Of a stretch of 32,000 bases of DNA, positions 12,901-20,832 are shown in pieces (position 1 is the first letter of the stretch; each line of letters begins with the position of its first letter). The stretch is from Zygophlyctis sp. KS116 (lineage: Eukaryota; Fungi; Chytridiomycota). A model generated the notes under the pieces. The model was not told the origin of the DNA. It ran no database searches and saw only the letters and a list, made by a program, of their open reading frames with translations. The stretch covers positions 60,670 to 92,669 of the forward strand of contig BAAFSQ010000007.1 in NCBI GenBank assembly GCA_054661495.1, given 5' to 3'. A program made the position numbers and the translations under genes.

Positions 12901-13943
12901 TCTTTAGCTTTATAAGAATCAATAAATTTCTCTGTAAATTGAGACACACTAGAGAGTATAAAAAATGTAGGAATCCCATCTATAACAGTATAACTCGAGT
13001 GAGAAAGAACAGTTTTCAATGACATATTTCTACTAACTTTCAAAAGCCTTGATTTCTCCTTTTCTGTACCTCTAGTTTCAAAATAAACTTGTAAATTTGA
13101 GACAGTATACTCGTTTTTAACATCCCAGAGAGGAAAATCCTGAAACATTATTCTTAAATGATCTATAAAACAGGTATTTTCATCAAAACTTGTGATAAAA
13201 TCTGATTCCTGATATTCTGGATATAAAAATAAGACTGGCCAAAAAAGATAATCATCTTGAAATTTGACATGATATTCTGAATGAAAAGATGAAAGAATAC
13301 TTGAACCATGAGATTTTGATTTACTATGCAATTTAATTTTTCTAGATATGATTGCATCCATCAACTCCTTGTCTTGAACTTGTTTTTCCTCTTGTTTTAG
13401 TTTAATTTGTTGTAATTTCTCTAGTTTTTGATCATGTAAATCCCTTAAATCCTTTAATTCCCTTTTAAAATCTGAATTTTCACAATCTACTTGTAGTGCA
13501 ATTTCACACACTTGAATTGCATCCTCAATTTTTTCCAATGCAACTAGAGCTTTAATAGATCTATAAAAAGATTTTAGATTTTTATGATCCAGTTTAATAC
13601 TTTCAGAGCAATCACCCAGTGCTTTACTATAATTTTGTAATTTTATCTGAGCAGCAGCTCTGTTTGACAATAGAATAGATTTTAGTTTTGACTCTTTAAT
13701 GGCTTGAATCCCTTGAGTGTAATAATTCAGTGCCTCCCGATAGTTTTTATTAGCCATGCATTCATTCCCCTGATTCTTGAAATTGAGAGCGACTTCTTCG
13801 TCGGTTCCATCGTACAAGAGACTTTGAAGAGCCAAAAGTGAAGGATCGTCTGCATTATCTTTGGGTGCTTCCGTCATAAATAGAGGAGTTGAAAAGAATT
13901 CATTAATCATTGCATCAGAGTCTTTAGCGGATGGTCCAATCAT
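12897..13943 (-). CDS. CNS1: TPR Hsp70/Hsp90 co-chaperone CNS1/TTC4
   Basis: TPLFMT, LALQSLLYDG..EVALNFKNQGNE, three TPRs (LLSNRAAAQIKLQNY), C-terminal LFWPVLFLYPEYQESDFI. Confidence 0.92.
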   Translation of the reverse strand: MIGPSAKDSDAMINEFFSTPLFMTEAPKDNADDPSLLALQSLLYDGTDEEVALNFKNQGNECMANKNYREALNYYTQGIQAIKESKLKSILLSNRAAAQIKLQNYSKALGDCSESIKLDHKNLKSFYRSIKALVALEKIEDAIQVCEIALQVDCENSDFKRELKDLRDLHDQKLEKLQQIKLKQEEKQVQDKELMDAIISRKIKLHSKSKSHGSSILSSFHSEYHVKFQDDYLFWPVLFLYPEYQESDFITSFDENTCFIDHLRIMFQDFPLWDVKNEYTVSNLQVYFETRGTEKEKSRLLKVSRNMSLKTVLSHSSYTVIDGIPTFFILSSVSQFTEKFIDSYKAKD

Positions 13944-14145
13944 CTGTAAAATTTGAAGGAAATTTCGATGTCAATCGCTTGTCATTGGGTTGTTAATCAT
14001 ATTATCAGGCATAAGTGTTTCTAGGATTGGATGCTGATGACTAGACCCAAATGATGAACTACTAGATCTTATCAATGCTCAGACTATCAAACCACTCGCT
14101 CATTATAAAATACAAACGCAAAAACATGAATGAAATATATATGAC

Positions 14146-14417
14146 TTATGAAGATAAGATAAAAAAAGAACCGACAGGGATAATGTGAGCTCTAGCAGCA
14201 AATCTTGATGAAACTTTGGCGTATGCTTCATTTACTGTGTCACTGCCAGATATATGTATATTTTTACTGCCAACATTCATTACAATCAAATCACCTGAAC
14301 TTTCATCAATGCAGGGACCTCCAGAATCACCAGGATTAGCTCCAGCAGATCCCAAAATATGCCCAAGATTATTTATACGACAAGAGCAGAAGACTCCATT
14401 GGATACGGAGACATATG
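14146..14417 (-). pseudogene. C-terminal half of a trypsin-like protease (copy A), lacking the catalytic His and Asp
   Basis: GANPGDSGGP is present and the segment is highly similar to copies C and D. Similarity to C stops abruptly at 14417. It is in frame with the upstream header ORF across one TAA. Confidence 0.8.
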
Positions 14418-14436
14418 TCAACCTAATAGAGGTCTG

Positions 14437-14706
14437 TTAAAAGTGCCTGCAATGCTTTACTACATAAAGATGATTTAGTAAAGATATCTTTGCTTTTCGT
14501 AGCCTTTCTTCTTTTCTGTGGAGCCAAGCGAGATTTCCTGAAGCGGAATCCAGAAGCTTTACAAAATGAGAAGATGGCTCTTTTTCCTCCAAAGCCTTGA
14601 GCAGTCTTTTCTCAGCTTCTGAAACTTTCAAGGAAGCGTCCTTAACTTCCTCTTGCAGTGCAGCAAGATCTTGTTTAATTTGAATCAATTCTTGACTTTT
14701 TGACAT
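14437..14706 (-). CDS. Coiled-coil header ORF B1 (paralogue of the N-terminus of protease D)
   Basis: MSKSQELIQIKQDLAALQEE is identical to protease D; PSS..KLLD.AS..L..LHRKEE is shared. May splice into copy A. Confidence 0.55.
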   Translation of the reverse strand: MSKSQELIQIKQDLAALQEEVKDASLKVSEAEKRLLKALEEKEPSSHFVKLLDSASGNLAWLHRKEERLRKAKISLLNHLYVVKHCRHF

Positions 14707-14754
14707 TTTAAGCTCAAGCCATCGACCTGATCCCTCTGCTTTTGAGTCAATTCT

Positions 14755-14840
14755 ATGGAAACTCTATTCTCCCTTACAGATCCTGATAAGATTTATCTGC
14801 ATGTTGGTGCGCCGGATGTTTCCCTTCTACCGGTGGATCT
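14755..14840 (+). pseudogene. 5' fragment (about 29 codons) of the aminotransferase gene
   Basis: Matches 18215-18300 with one substitution and ends at GGATCT. Confidence 0.9.
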
Positions 14841-14908
14841 CCGCCCCAATCAATCCATCGCTCATCCGCATATTCAGGGAAAATTACGCTGGCAAATATA
14901 TGTATTAC

Positions 14909-15805
14909 TTAGGGAGAAAAGAATTTTAAACCGCCGACAGGGATAATGTGAGCTCTAGAGGCAAATCTTGATGAAGCTTTGTCATATGCCTCACTTACTG
15001 TGCCACTGCCAGATATATGTATATTTTTACTGCCAACATTCATTCCAATCAAATCACCTGAACTTTCATCAATGCAGGGACCTCCAGAATCACCAGGATT
15101 AGCTCCAGCAGATCCCAAAATCTGCCCAAGATTATTTATACGACAAGAGTAGAAGACTCCATTGGATACGGAGACATATGATTCATTCTGTGATCTAGCA
15201 GAAAGACCTAATTGAATGTATTTTCGACCATCTGCCGTTCCGCCAATTGGTGGTTCTTCCTCGCACAAATCTACTTCTGATTCTAATAAAATCCAGTTAC
15301 CAGCAGCACTCATTCCACTGACTTTCACGTTGTATTCATTGGAAGATTCCATTGAGTGAATTTTCATATAGTCACCAACTTTTAGAGTACTATGAATGTC
15401 ATGAGCAAAAGTAATCGCTCTTCTCTTTGAAATAACAGTGACACATTCCCAGCTATCCGTCCTGAAAACAATCTTGCTGTATTTTTCAACTAGATAATCC
15501 CTTCGGCACTGATCAAAAGAACGCTTAGAATCTTGACAAATTTCATCTTCTTCGGACTGATAGAATAATCCAATATCTACCATATCTTTTTCTTTCAGCA
15601 GTAAATCGTCAATTCTTTCAAGGCCTTTCAGGTTTGCAACAGCAGATTTACAAAGAGCGTCAAGGCCAACTATTGATTCCGTCCTCTCAATAGCCTCGGA
15701 CAGTCTTTCTTCTGCTTGTGCAACCTTTGCCTTTGCATGGTTGATTTTCTTCTCTGATTCTACCAGAGCCGCAAAAACGTCCATTAAATCTTGCTTTTTT
15801 AACAT
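14909..15805 (-). CDS. Coiled-coil + trypsin-like serine protease (copy C; CR-effector-like); predicted catalytic Asp replaced by Asn
   Basis: ATG at 15805. AITFAHD (His), GNWILLE (Asp position), GANPGDSGGP (Ser), LIGMNVG. Intronless. Confidence 0.85.
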   Translation of the reverse strand: MLKKQDLMDVFAALVESEKKINHAKAKVAQAEERLSEAIERTESIVGLDALCKSAVANLKGLERIDDLLLKEKDMVDIGLFYQSEEDEICQDSKRSFDQCRRDYLVEKYSKIVFRTDSWECVTVISKRRAITFAHDIHSTLKVGDYMKIHSMESSNEYNVKVSGMSAAGNWILLESEVDLCEEEPPIGGTADGRKYIQLGLSARSQNESYVSVSNGVFYSCRINNLGQILGSAGANPGDSGGPCIDESSGDLIGMNVGSKNIHISGSGTVSEAYDKASSRFASRAHIIPVGGLKFFSP

Positions 15806-15898
15806 TTTCAACCTAGCGACTCACCGAAACGAGAACCTTGGTGCCAACGCAATACCCAAAAACATAACAGTAAATCTCATTCCTATAAACTTTTGAAA

Positions 15899-16559
15899 AT
15901 GTCAATAATATCTGGAGGCTCGAAATCTCTCGCATGCTTAATTGTTGGTGCCACCGGTGGTCTTGGAAAGTGTTTGGTAAAAGAATGTTTAGATCGTGGA
16001 ATATCAGTCTCTGTGCTGGTTAGAAATAAGGAGAAATTTATTACTGAATTCTCTAACATTGTTTGGCCAGGAGCAAATATATTTGTCGGTGATGCAGCTT
16101 CAGATGCTTCAGTCGTGAAGAAGGCATGTCATGGAAAAGATATTGTATTATGTGGAATTGGTGCAGTAGAAGCCATTGCTCGAAATGTTGCAGAACAATC
16201 TCAAATTTCGGGTGTAAAGAAACTGATTCATGTAGCAGGTGCAACTAATGTCATGGATGTGGATGGTGTAACTCCACTCTGGAAAAATTATGCAGACTCT
16301 TGGCCTCCAGCTGAAAGAGTTTTTATTGCCCATGGAAAATGTATTGATGCAATTAAAGCAACTGGGATTAATCATGTTGTTTTTTGTCCAGCTCTCATGT
16401 CTAGTAGGGAAAAGAAATCATCTCCGGTTGCAGTGCCTAAAATAAACCGTGAAAGTGGGGGGTTTTGTTTCATATGAAGATGCAGCTCATATAATGGTTG
16501 ATGCAGCTCAGAAATCTGACTGGGATGGGCAACTGATTACTGCTGCGACTGCTGAATAG
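15899..16559 (+). pseudogene. NAD(P)-binding Rossmann protein (atypical SDR / flavin-reductase-like) with a frameshift near 16457-16466
   Basis: LIVGATGGLG, VSVLVRN, VGDA, GVKKLIHVAGA. After the G6T4 run a shifted frame gives FVSYEDAAHIMVDAAQKSDWDGQLIT-stop, the expected family C-terminus. Confidence 0.75.
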
Positions 16560-16756
16560 AATAATAACCTCGTCGTCGTTGGAATTAATAAAAGTAGTTT
16601 TATTCAGGCTCTATGAAAGTTAAGAGAGAGTATAGTAGTGCATTTGCTGCTTAGATCTAACAATTCCCGTTTAAATAGCGTAGTTATGTTCTGATTGATC
16701 TTGTCGCCCGCCAATGGCGAATCTTCGTCGCCTGTCGTCAACCTAATAGAGGTCTG

Positions 16757-17026
16757 TTAAAAGTGCCTGCAATTCTTTACTACATAAAGATGATCTAGTA
16801 AAGATATCTTTGCTTTTCGTAGCCTTTCTTCTTTTCTGTGGAGCCAAGCGAGATTTCCTGAAGCGCAATCCAGTAGCTTTACAAAAGGAGAAGATGGCTC
16901 TTTTTCCTCCAAAGCCTGGAGAAGTCTTTTTTCAGCTTCTGAAGATTTCAAGGAAGCGTCCTTAATTTCCTCTTGCAATGCAGCAAGATCTTGTTTAATT
17001 TGAATCAATTCTTGACTTTTTGACAT
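16757..17026 (-). CDS. Coiled-coil header ORF B2
   Basis: 89 aa with 7 amino-acid differences from B1. The frame stays open about 50 codons past the TAA. Confidence 0.55.
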   Translation of the reverse strand: MSKSQELIQIKQDLAALQEEIKDASLKSSEAEKRLLQALEEKEPSSPFVKLLDCASGNLAWLHRKEERLRKAKISLLDHLYVVKNCRHF

Positions 17027-17074
17027 TTTAAGCTCAAGCCATCGACCTGATCCCTCTGCTTTTGAGTCAATTCT

Positions 17075-17160
17075 ATGGAAACTCTATTCTACCTTACAGA
17101 TCCTGAAAAGATTTATCTGCATGTTGGAGCGCCGGATGCTTCCCTTCTACCGGTGGATCT
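17075..17160 (+). pseudogene. Second 5' fragment of the aminotransferase gene
   Basis: Matches 18215-18300 with three substitutions and ends at GGATCT. Confidence 0.9.
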
Positions 17161-17239
17161 CCGCCCCAATCAATCCATCGCTCATCCGCATATTCAGGGA
17201 AAATAATACAAACGCAAATATAAATGCAATATATATGAC

Positions 17240-18166
17240 TTATGAAGATAAGAATATGAAACAGTTGACAGGGATAATGTGAGCTCTAGAGGCAAATCTT
17301 GATGAAGCTTTGTCATATGCTTCATTTACTGTGTCACTGCCAGAAATATGAATATTTTCACTGCCAACATTCATTCCAATCAATTCACCTGAAATTTCAT
17401 CAATGCAAGGACCTCCAGAATCACCTGGATTAGCTCCAGCAGATCCCAAAACATGCCCAAATTTGTTTATACAGCTTGAACTAATGACTCCATTGGATAC
17501 TGAGAAAGGTGATTCATTCTGGGATCTAGCTGAAAGACCAAATTGAATATAATGCTGACCATATGCTTGTCCCCCAATTTGTGGTTCTTTCTCGCACAAA
17601 TCTACTTCTGATTCTAATAAAATCCAGTCACCAGCAACATTCATTAGACTGACTTTCACATTGTATTCTTTAGGATATTCCATTGAGTAAATTTTCATAT
17701 AGTCACCAACTTTTAGAGTGCTGTGAGTATCATGAGCAAAAGTAATCGCTCTTCTCTTTGAAATAACAGTGACACATTCCCAGCTATCAGTCCTGAGAAG
17801 AATCTTTTTACATTCCTGAACAAAAACCTTCATTTGGTGCAATTTGTAATATCCTTCAGCCTCTGGTACAATTTTCTGCTCTGATTTAGTGAGTATTTTT
17901 TCTTCTTCCTTTCTCTTCAGACTTTCTTCTATTCTTGTCAGTTTTTCTTCTTTTCTTGACAGTTTTTCTTCTTTTCTGTGAAGTACTTTGAGATCTGCTG
18001 AAGCGCAATCCAGAAGCTTTTCATAAGGAGAAGATGGCTTATTTTCCAGTAAAGCTGCTGCCAACTGAGACTTCACTAGATTTCTCTCTTTGTAAGCGTC
18101 CTTAATTTCCTCTTGCAGTGCAGCAAGATCTTGTTTAATTTGAATCAATTCTTGACTTTTTGACAT
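17240..18166 (-). CDS. Coiled-coil + trypsin-like serine protease (copy D; CR-effector-like), intact triad
   Basis: AITFAHD, GDWILLE, GANPGDSGGP, with an N-terminal coiled coil of about 100 aa. No signal peptide; intronless. Confidence 0.88.
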   Translation of the reverse strand: MSKSQELIQIKQDLAALQEEIKDAYKERNLVKSQLAAALLENKPSSPYEKLLDCASADLKVLHRKEEKLSRKEEKLTRIEESLKRKEEEKILTKSEQKIVPEAEGYYKLHQMKVFVQECKKILLRTDSWECVTVISKRRAITFAHDTHSTLKVGDYMKIYSMEYPKEYNVKVSLMNVAGDWILLESEVDLCEKEPQIGGQAYGQHYIQFGLSARSQNESPFSVSNGVISSSCINKFGHVLGSAGANPGDSGGPCIDEISGELIGMNVGSENIHISGSDTVNEAYDKASSRFASRAHIIPVNCFIFLSS

Positions 18167-18300
18167 TTTAAGCTCAAGCCATCGACCTGATCCCTCTGCT
18201 TTTGAGTCAATTCTATGGAAACTCTATTCTCCCTTACAGATCCTGATAAGATTTATCTGCATGTTGGAGCGCCGGATGTTTCCCTTCTACCGGTGGATCT
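18094..18300 (+). repeat. 207-bp repeat, third (native) copy: header start + 48-bp divergent spacer + aminotransferase start
   Basis: Matches 14634-14840 and 16954-17160. Confidence 0.93.
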
Positions 18301-19444
18301 TATTAGAAAGACGAATATAATGCAACAAGATCTGGTTAGTAGTTTACAGTATGGACCATCACAAGGATCTGAAAGTGTCCGAGAAGAATTATCTCAATTT
18401 CTTTCCAGGGAATACAAGTCCCAGGTTGATAAAGATCATTTACTTGTAACTTCTGGAGCGTCGCAATCATTTTACAACATGATTCCTATTTTTACAAATT
18501 CCGAGACTGTCTTCATTATGGAAAATCCTACATATTTCTTGGCTTGGAAGATTTTGAATGATCATGGTATTAAGAATGATTCTATAATTGGGATCTCGAG
18601 TGATGGAAATGGATTGGATGTTGATGCTTTAGAAGCGTATCTTTTGTCTACTTTGGTTCCTTCAAAAGGTTCAGAAGAATCACTTGCCAGTAACTCCAAA
18701 AAGAAATTCAGATTTTTACTTTATCTCGTTCCCACTTTTGGTAATCCAACAGGAGCTTCTTTATCTATGGAAAGAAGGAAAAAATTAATAGACTTGGCAA
18801 GAACATATGATATTCTAGTGGTTTGTGATGATGTTTACCATTTGATTTACTTTGAAAATCAGATGCCTCCAGATAGATTAGTTTCATTAGACTTAAATTC
18901 ACTAAAAGAAGAAGAGGGAAACGTAATTTCAAACTGTTCATTTTCAAAATTATTTTCTCCTGGATTTAGACTTGGATGGATAGAAGCATCTCCTTTTTTG
19001 TTAAATCAGTTGAAAAATTCTGGAATTTTGAATTCAGGCGGATGTTCAAATCATTTCTCATCGTTTTTGATTAAGCCTATTTTAAAATCAAGTGATTTAT
19101 CAATTCATTTGCAAGGAATTAGAAAAGAATATGAAAGTCGAAGAGATTTATTATTACAGGAATTCAAAAAACTTCCCAGTCAATTCACAGTCTCTAGCCC
19201 AAAAGGTGGATTTTTTATTTGGATTACAGATACTACAAAAACTTTAGATTCTAAAATTTTGTTGGAAAGCATTTCTAAAAGTGATGATGCAGATTATAAA
19301 GTCACATTCACGCCTGGAAATTCCTTTTCTGCTAATAATGCCCATGGCCATTGTATGAGAGTCTCTTTTGGAATGTATAGGGGTATCGAATTGATCACTG
19401 GAGCACAACGTCTAGTGAATATTTTGACGCAAACACTGAACTAG
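18215..19444 (+). CDS. PLP-dependent class I/II aminotransferase (2-aminoadipate/aromatic type, YER152C-like)
   Basis: LQYGPSQG, VTSGASQ, MENPTY, YLVPTFGNPTG, VCDDVY, SFSKLFSPGFRLGW (PLP Lys), PKGGFFIW, MRVSF. Confidence 0.93.
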   Translation: METLFSLTDPDKIYLHVGAPDVSLLPVDLIRKTNIMQQDLVSSLQYGPSQGSESVREELSQFLSREYKSQVDKDHLLVTSGASQSFYNMIPIFTNSETVFIMENPTYFLAWKILNDHGIKNDSIIGISSDGNGLDVDALEAYLLSTLVPSKGSEESLASNSKKKFRFLLYLVPTFGNPTGASLSMERRKKLIDLARTYDILVVCDDVYHLIYFENQMPPDRLVSLDLNSLKEEEGNVISNCSFSKLFSPGFRLGWIEASPFLLNQLKNSGILNSGGCSNHFSSFLIKPILKSSDLSIHLQGIRKEYESRRDLLLQEFKKLPSQFTVSSPKGGFFIWITDTTKTLDSKILLESISKSDDADYKVTFTPGNSFSANNAHGHCMRVSFGMYRGIELITGAQRLVNILTQTLN

Positions 19445-19686
19445 CGTAAGTCAAATATTTTCAGCCCAGGAATAGAGTGTCTAGGACAACTTTCATTGTT
19501 AATGTCTTTGAGAATTCCTGGAATTTCCTTTTACGAGTTCAAATCCCAACTCTTTAAAATTGTTGTAAAATACAAATCTCTTGATTTTTTAAATTACTTT
19601 GAGTCCTTTGAGTTAAATGATTTAATCAATGTATTTTAAATACTAACCTTTAGGAACTATTGAATGAAATCTTTGAAAAGGATCTT
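19144..19686 (+). repeat. 543-bp direct repeat, left copy
   Basis: No difference seen by eye versus 21087-21629. Covers the aminotransferase 3' end and the 5' part of the next gene. Confidence 0.95.
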
Positions 19687-19861
19687 AGTAGTAGTAGTAT
19701 AGATAGAGCACCGAATGATACCAGTTTTTTTGGGCAAGCTAGAATTAGTAAAAGATATTTATATGATATTTTCGTCCAGTATGATTCTTTTGATATTGGC
19801 GCAATTGAATGATATTTTAATCATTGATTTCTCAATTAAATTTCAAGCAGTAAAATGTTTA

Positions 19862-20764
19862 TTACTTTTGAATCTTTAATTTCTTGCTGTAGATGGGATG
19901 CTTTGGACCAAAGCAGTTTCTGAGTTGAGTAAGGGAATCCTGAATCTTTTCGGCAGTCAAATCTTCCGTAGATGCCCTGGGAGAGACAGATTTGACAGCA
20001 GTCATAAACCAAGTGAGCCAGCGAAGAATTTCAGACAATGAAGAGCTTGAATTGTAAGTTCCGTCCTTTCCAAGTTTAAGGACTTCTTTATCAGAAGCAT
20101 ACACAACACCATCAGTGTCAATGGCAAAGAAGCGAAAGTCTATCCCATTTGTAAGAGCAGCAAACACAGGAGTCTTTTTTCCAGCAGCCAGACGTTTCTT
20201 GAGCAAGCAGCCGGCCTCAGCAAGAGTTTGGGCGACTGACTTGGCAGGCCATTCATATTTTGCTTCTACAACCAAAAGAAAAGAGTCCATATCATCAACA
20301 GATTTGTTTTTAGATGACCCAAACATATAGTCCACATCTCCAGTGTAGCCGAATCCAGTTCCTTCCCAATCATTCTTAACTTCACAGAATCCCAAAAGTT
20401 GCTCGTTTGATTCATTCAATAGAACTTCCGTAAGGATAGCATCAATCACAATTCTGCAAGCCTTCTCGTTGTCAAGTACCCACACGTTCTTGATTCTGCT
20501 GATGTTCTCGCACAAGAAATCGCTCGCAACTGGAGAAGGAAATGAAGTTGGAATGTGCAAAGAAGGAGCATCAATAGAGACATAGTCAATGTTCAAGTCT
20601 AGACCATCAGGTCTAACACAGTCATTGAGAGTAGCAGAGGAGAATGGTACAAAAGGCTTGGTGGAGCCAATGAGAGTCTTGAGAGCTTTCTTTTGTTTGT
20701 CTGTGAGCTGCTCTTTTTCTTCTTCTGTGAGTTGGTTGAGAGGCTTGTCGAATAGTTTGTTCAT
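19862..20764 (-). CDS. PD-(D/E)xK restriction-endonuclease-fold protein (CR-REase / HsdR_N-like)
   Basis: NEKACRIVIDAIL, GFCEVK, TGDVDYMFG, LLVVEAK, VAQTLAE, VFAALTNGIDFRFF. Intronless. Confidence 0.82.
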   Translation of the reverse strand: MNKLFDKPLNQLTEEEKEQLTDKQKKALKTLIGSTKPFVPFSSATLNDCVRPDGLDLNIDYVSIDAPSLHIPTSFPSPVASDFLCENISRIKNVWVLDNEKACRIVIDAILTEVLLNESNEQLLGFCEVKNDWEGTGFGYTGDVDYMFGSSKNKSVDDMDSFLLVVEAKYEWPAKSVAQTLAEAGCLLKKRLAAGKKTPVFAALTNGIDFRFFAIDTDGVVYASDKEVLKLGKDGTYNSSSSLSEILRWLTWFMTAVKSVSPRASTEDLTAEKIQDSLTQLRNCFGPKHPIYSKKLKIQK

Positions 20765-20832
20765 TTCAGTTTAGGAAAGGAAGTTAATTTTCTCTTTACC
20801 CTTTCGAAAGTTGTATTTTCCACACCAAAAAA

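Larger units (their letters stand above)
14417..14884 (+). repeat. 468-bp direct repeat, copy 1 (header ORF + spacer + aminotransferase 5' fragment + 44-bp linker)
   Basis: Matches 16737-17204 (offset 2320) with scattered substitutions. Confidence 0.95.
16737..17204 (+). repeat. 468-bp direct repeat, copy 2
   Basis: Matches 14417-14884. Confidence 0.95.

Noticed and set aside
14755-14946. 63-aa ORF starting like the aminotransferase
   Set aside because: A junction product: about 29 host codons run into linker and antisense protease sequence.
14835-17160. GATC junctions as restriction-ligation (Sau3AI/DpnII) artefacts
   Set aside because: The copies carry independent substitutions, so these two junctions are evolved sequence. 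An artefact is not excluded for the identical 543-bp repeat.
14417-18300. Repeats as LTRs or a CRISPR array
   Set aside because: The repeats consist of host and effector gene fragments, with no TG..CA ends, gag/pol or regular spacers.
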